DNA of 64,000 bases from Guillardia theta CCMP2712. Its lineage: Eukaryota > Protista > Cryptophyta. Each line of letters starts with the position of its first letter. Within the stretch, counting starts at the first letter, position 1. The stretch is taken from assembly GCF_000315625.1 (NCBI RefSeq), contig NW_005434602.1, forward strand, positions 119,848 through 183,847, in the 5' to 3' direction. Made by a program: the position numbers and the translations under genes. Shown here in pieces: positions 61,422 to 64,000 of the stretch. The notes under the pieces were generated by a model. It saw only the letters and a program-made list of their open reading frames with translations, made no database searches and was not told the DNA's origin.

Positions 61422-61688
61422 GAATTCCGAACTTTCAGTCTTGTCAGAGGATCAGAGGATGGGCATGAGGGGATGAGGGGGGTCGTGGTAGGATTCCATG
61501 CAGGGGGGGCGCGGGAGGAGGCAGAGGAGGCAGAGGGGAGGGAGGAGGAGAAGGCAAGGATAGAGGTGGGGAGCAGACAGAGGGATGAGTTGATCATGTC
61601 GGATCTCGTGGAGAGGGAACAACGACGACCGCCTTAGCTGGGGGGTTTCTGTGCAGGTGGCGTCGTGATTGATTGAATGGGATTCAGC

Positions 61689-64000
61689 ATGGGAACAGGT
61701 GCAAGGAACAGGCACAGGCTCATGGTTGGAGATCATGTGGATGCGCGATGGAGCGTGCCCAACGGGAAGGAGTACCCCTGGTTCCCGGGCATTATCATAG
61801 GAACAGACCCCACCAAAGAAAGCTACGTCGTGCGGTTTGAGGACGGGGATGTTCAAGAAGTACGGTACAACCTAGTCCGGAAGTCAACGGACTACGACTT
61901 TCCTGACCAGCTACGGTTTCTGCCGCTTTCAGTAGGGGACAAGGTGGAAGCGCGCTGGAGGCATGCGGACGGAAACAAGAAGTGGTACAAAGGGACAGTG
62001 ATGAACATACATCCAAATGGCAAGTACGCGATCCTGTACGACGATGGAGACTTTGAGCCCTTCGTAACACGAAAGAACATCCGAGGGAAGGAGACCACCG
62101 CGGACGGGAGGAAGTATGATTGGAGCAAAGAGGCCAAAGGAGTCGGGAAAGAGAATAGATCACGACAGGACTCAGGCAAGCAGCAGGAGGCAGGAGGGAG
62201 GGGCAGGTCTCCATCACCGTCGAAGGCTCAGCCCAGGAGCAACTCTCCAGCAAAGCGGAAGCGATCAGAATCTCCATCCAAAACCCCCCCGAAGGCCAAG
62301 AAGAGCGGACCATCGATGGAGAGGGCCAAGCCAGCATCGAGGTCAGCCTCGCCGCACAGGAGCCTCGCCGCAGCCAAGCCCAAGGCTGGCTCTGCGTCCA
62401 GGTCAGCCTCGCCGCACAGAAGCCTCGCCGCAGCCAAGCCCAAGGCTGGCTCTGCGTCCAGGTCCGCACCGACACACAGGGGCGTGGTTGAAAGCAAGCA
62501 CAGGATACCACCTGCCACTCCGGCGCCATCGTCTCTGCTCGACGGAGACCTGGAGAGCTGTATCGATGCGAAGGCTGCAGCGCTGCTGGCGAGTATGAAG
62601 ACACACCAAGGAAGCCACGCCAAAGGAGAGAGCAAGAAGTCATTAACCGTCCAGAAAAGGAGCGAGGTGACGATGGACCCGATACTGAAAGTAGGAGACT
62701 ACGTGGATGCACGATGGAGCGTGCCCAACGGGAAGGAGTACCCCTGGTTCCCTGGGACCATCATCGGGATCAAGCCGAACAAGGGACACTACATCGTGCG
62801 GTTTGAGGAGGACGACGAGATATACGAGCTACTAGCGAAGCATGTGAGAAAGTCGACGGACTACGACTTTCCGAAGCATGTGCGCTTTCTTCCGCTTTCA
62901 GTAGGGGACAAGGTGGAAGCGCGCTGGAGGCATGCGGACGGAAACAAGAAGTGGTACAAAGGGACGGTGATGAACATACATCCCAATGGCAAGTGCGCGA
63001 TCCTGTACGACGATGGAGACTTTGAGCCCTTTGTGCTGAGGAAGAACATTCGAGGGAAGGAGACCACCGCGGACGGGAGGAAGTATGATTGGAGCAAAGA
63101 GGCCAAAGGAGTCGGGAAAGAGAATAGATCACGACAGGACTCAGGCAAGCAGCAGGAGGCAGGAGGGAGGGGCAGGTCTCCATCACCGTCGAAGGCTCAG
63201 CCCAGGAGCAACTCTCCAGCAAAGCGGAAGCGATCAGAATCTCCATCCAAAACCCCCCCGAAGGCCAAGAAGAGCGGACCATCGATGGAGAGGGCCAAGC
63301 CAGCATCGAGGTCAGCCTCGCCGCACAGGAGCCTCGCCGCAGCCAAGCCCAAGGCTGGCTCTGCGTCCAGGTCAGCCTCGCCGCACAGGAGCCTCGCCGC
63401 AGCCAAGCCCAAGGCTGGCTCTGCGTCCAGGTCCGCACCGACACACAGGGGCGTGGTTGAAAGCAAGCACAGGATACCACCTGCCACTCCGGCGCCATCG
63501 TCTCTGCTCGACGGAGACCTGGAGAGCTGTATCGATGCGAAGGCTGCAGCGCTGCTGGCGAGTATGAAGACACACCAAGGAAGCCACGCCAAAGGAGAGA
63601 GCAAGAAGTCATTAACCGTCCAGAAAAGGAGCGAGGTGACGATGGACCCGATACTGAAAGTAGGAGACTACGTGGATGCACGATGGAGCGTGCCCAACGG
63701 GAAGGAGTACCCCTGGTTCCCTGGGACCATCATCGGGATCAAGCCGAACAAGGGACACTACATCGTGCGGTTTGAGGAGGACGACGAGATATACGAGCTA
63801 CTAGCGAAGCATGTGAGAAAGTCGACGGACTACGACTTTCCGAAGCATGTGCGCTTTCTTCCGCTTTCAGTAGGGGACAAGGTGGAAGCGCGCTGGAGGC
63901 ATGCGGACGGAAACAAGAAGTGGTACAAAGGGACGGTGATGAACATACATCCCAATGGCAAGTACGCGATCCTGTACGACGATGGAGACTTTGAGCCCTT
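61689..64000 (+). CDS. Tandem Tudor/Agenet-repeat protein (open to the window end)
   Basis: Uninterrupted frame from ATG 61689: VGDHVDARWSVPNGKEYPWFPGII..YVVRFEDGD, then VGDKVEARWRHADGNKKWYKGTV..YAILYDDGDFE, then a K/R/S/P linker, repeated. It is absent from the ORF track because there is no stop within the window. Confidence 0.85.
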   Translation, partial: MGTGARNRHRLMVGDHVDARWSVPNGKEYPWFPGIIIGTDPTKESYVVRFEDGDVQEVRYNLVRKSTDYDFPDQLRFLPLSVGDKVEARWRHADGNKKWYKGTVMNIHPNGKYAILYDDGDFEPFVTRKNIRGKETTADGRKYDWSKEAKGVGKENRSRQDSGKQQEAGGRGRSPSPSKAQPRSNSPAKRKRSESPSKTPPKAKKSGPSMERAKPASRSASPHRSLAAAKPKAGSASRSASPHRSLAAAKPKAGSASRSAPTHRGVVESKHRIPPATPAPSSLLDGDLESCIDAKAAALLASMKTHQGSHAKGESKKSLTVQKRSEVTMDPILKVGDYVDARWSVPNGKEYPWFPGTIIGIKPNKGHYIVRFEEDDEIYELLAKHVRKSTDYDFPKHVRFLPLSVGDKVEARWRHADGNKKWYKGTVMNIHPNGKCAILYDDGDFEPFVLRKNIRGKETTADGRKYDWSKEAKGVGKENRSRQDSGKQQEAGGRGRSPSPSKAQPRSNSPAKRKRSESPSKTPPKAKKSGPSMERAKPASRSASPHRSLAAAKPKAGSASRSASPHRSLAAAKPKAGSASRSAPTHRGVVESKHRIPPATPAPSSLLDGDLESCIDAKAAALLASMKTHQGSHAKGESKKSLTVQKRSEVTMDPILKVGDYVDARWSVPNGKEYPWFPGTIIGIKPNKGHYIVRFEEDDEIYELLAKHVRKSTDYDFPKHVRFLPLSVGDKVEARWRHADGNKKWYKGTVMNIHPNGKYAILYDDGDFEP
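61737..64000 (+). repeat. 969-bp coding tandem repeat (at least 2.3 copies) with an internal 60-bp duplication
   Basis: 'aaggtggaagcgcgc' occurs at 61941, 62910 and 63879 (period 969 = 323 codons). The 60-bp SASPHRSLAAAKPKAGSASR unit occurs twice in each complete copy. Confidence 0.95.

Noticed and set aside
61795-63681. Duplicated minus-strand ORFs (305/303 aa) and LTR-like direct repeats
   Set aside because: They are antisense shadows of the + strand Tudor array. The repeats are contiguous tandem coding units with no TE genes between them.
21154-64000. Functional cluster of chromatin genes (2 SET, 2 zinc fingers, Tudor)
   Set aside because: The genes are interspersed with unrelated housekeeping genes and the SET proteins look non-nuclear. 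There is no evidence of co-regulation.

Overview
Gene-dense eukaryotic nuclear DNA. It has many short GT-AG introns (about 45-60 bp, often with a CTGAC-like branch point), intronic microsatellites and four N-gaps. The style is most consistent with a flagellate alga such as a cryptophyte (Guillardia-like); this is inference. About 19 protein-coding loci can be supported: a collagen+SRCR protein, CFAP99, a PTEN/tensin-like + GRAM-like + TLDc protein, a sulfotransferase-like protein, an ADF-H/IQ/LRR protein, two paralogous zf-4CXXC_R1-like zinc-finger proteins, a cytochrome b5-domain protein, LSG1, two SET-domain proteins, a SAM protein, a mitochondrial carrier, an aquaporin, a ~2,400-aa secreted mosaic protein, a hypothetical protein, a DUF1647-like protein, RIB43A, and a Tudor-array protein built from 969-bp tandem units that runs off the window end. 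A further short coding fragment sits next to a gap. No rRNA, tRNA, CRISPR array or autonomous mobile element was recognised. The strongest leads are a class-A-scavenger-receptor-like architecture outside animals, a nested secreted protein with phage-tail-like repeats, a pseudophosphatase-OXR1 fusion, the tandem Tudor array, and Myb/MSA (AACGG) clusters upstream of both axonemal genes. All family assignments are by eye from motif recall; gene ends spanning introns are approximate.
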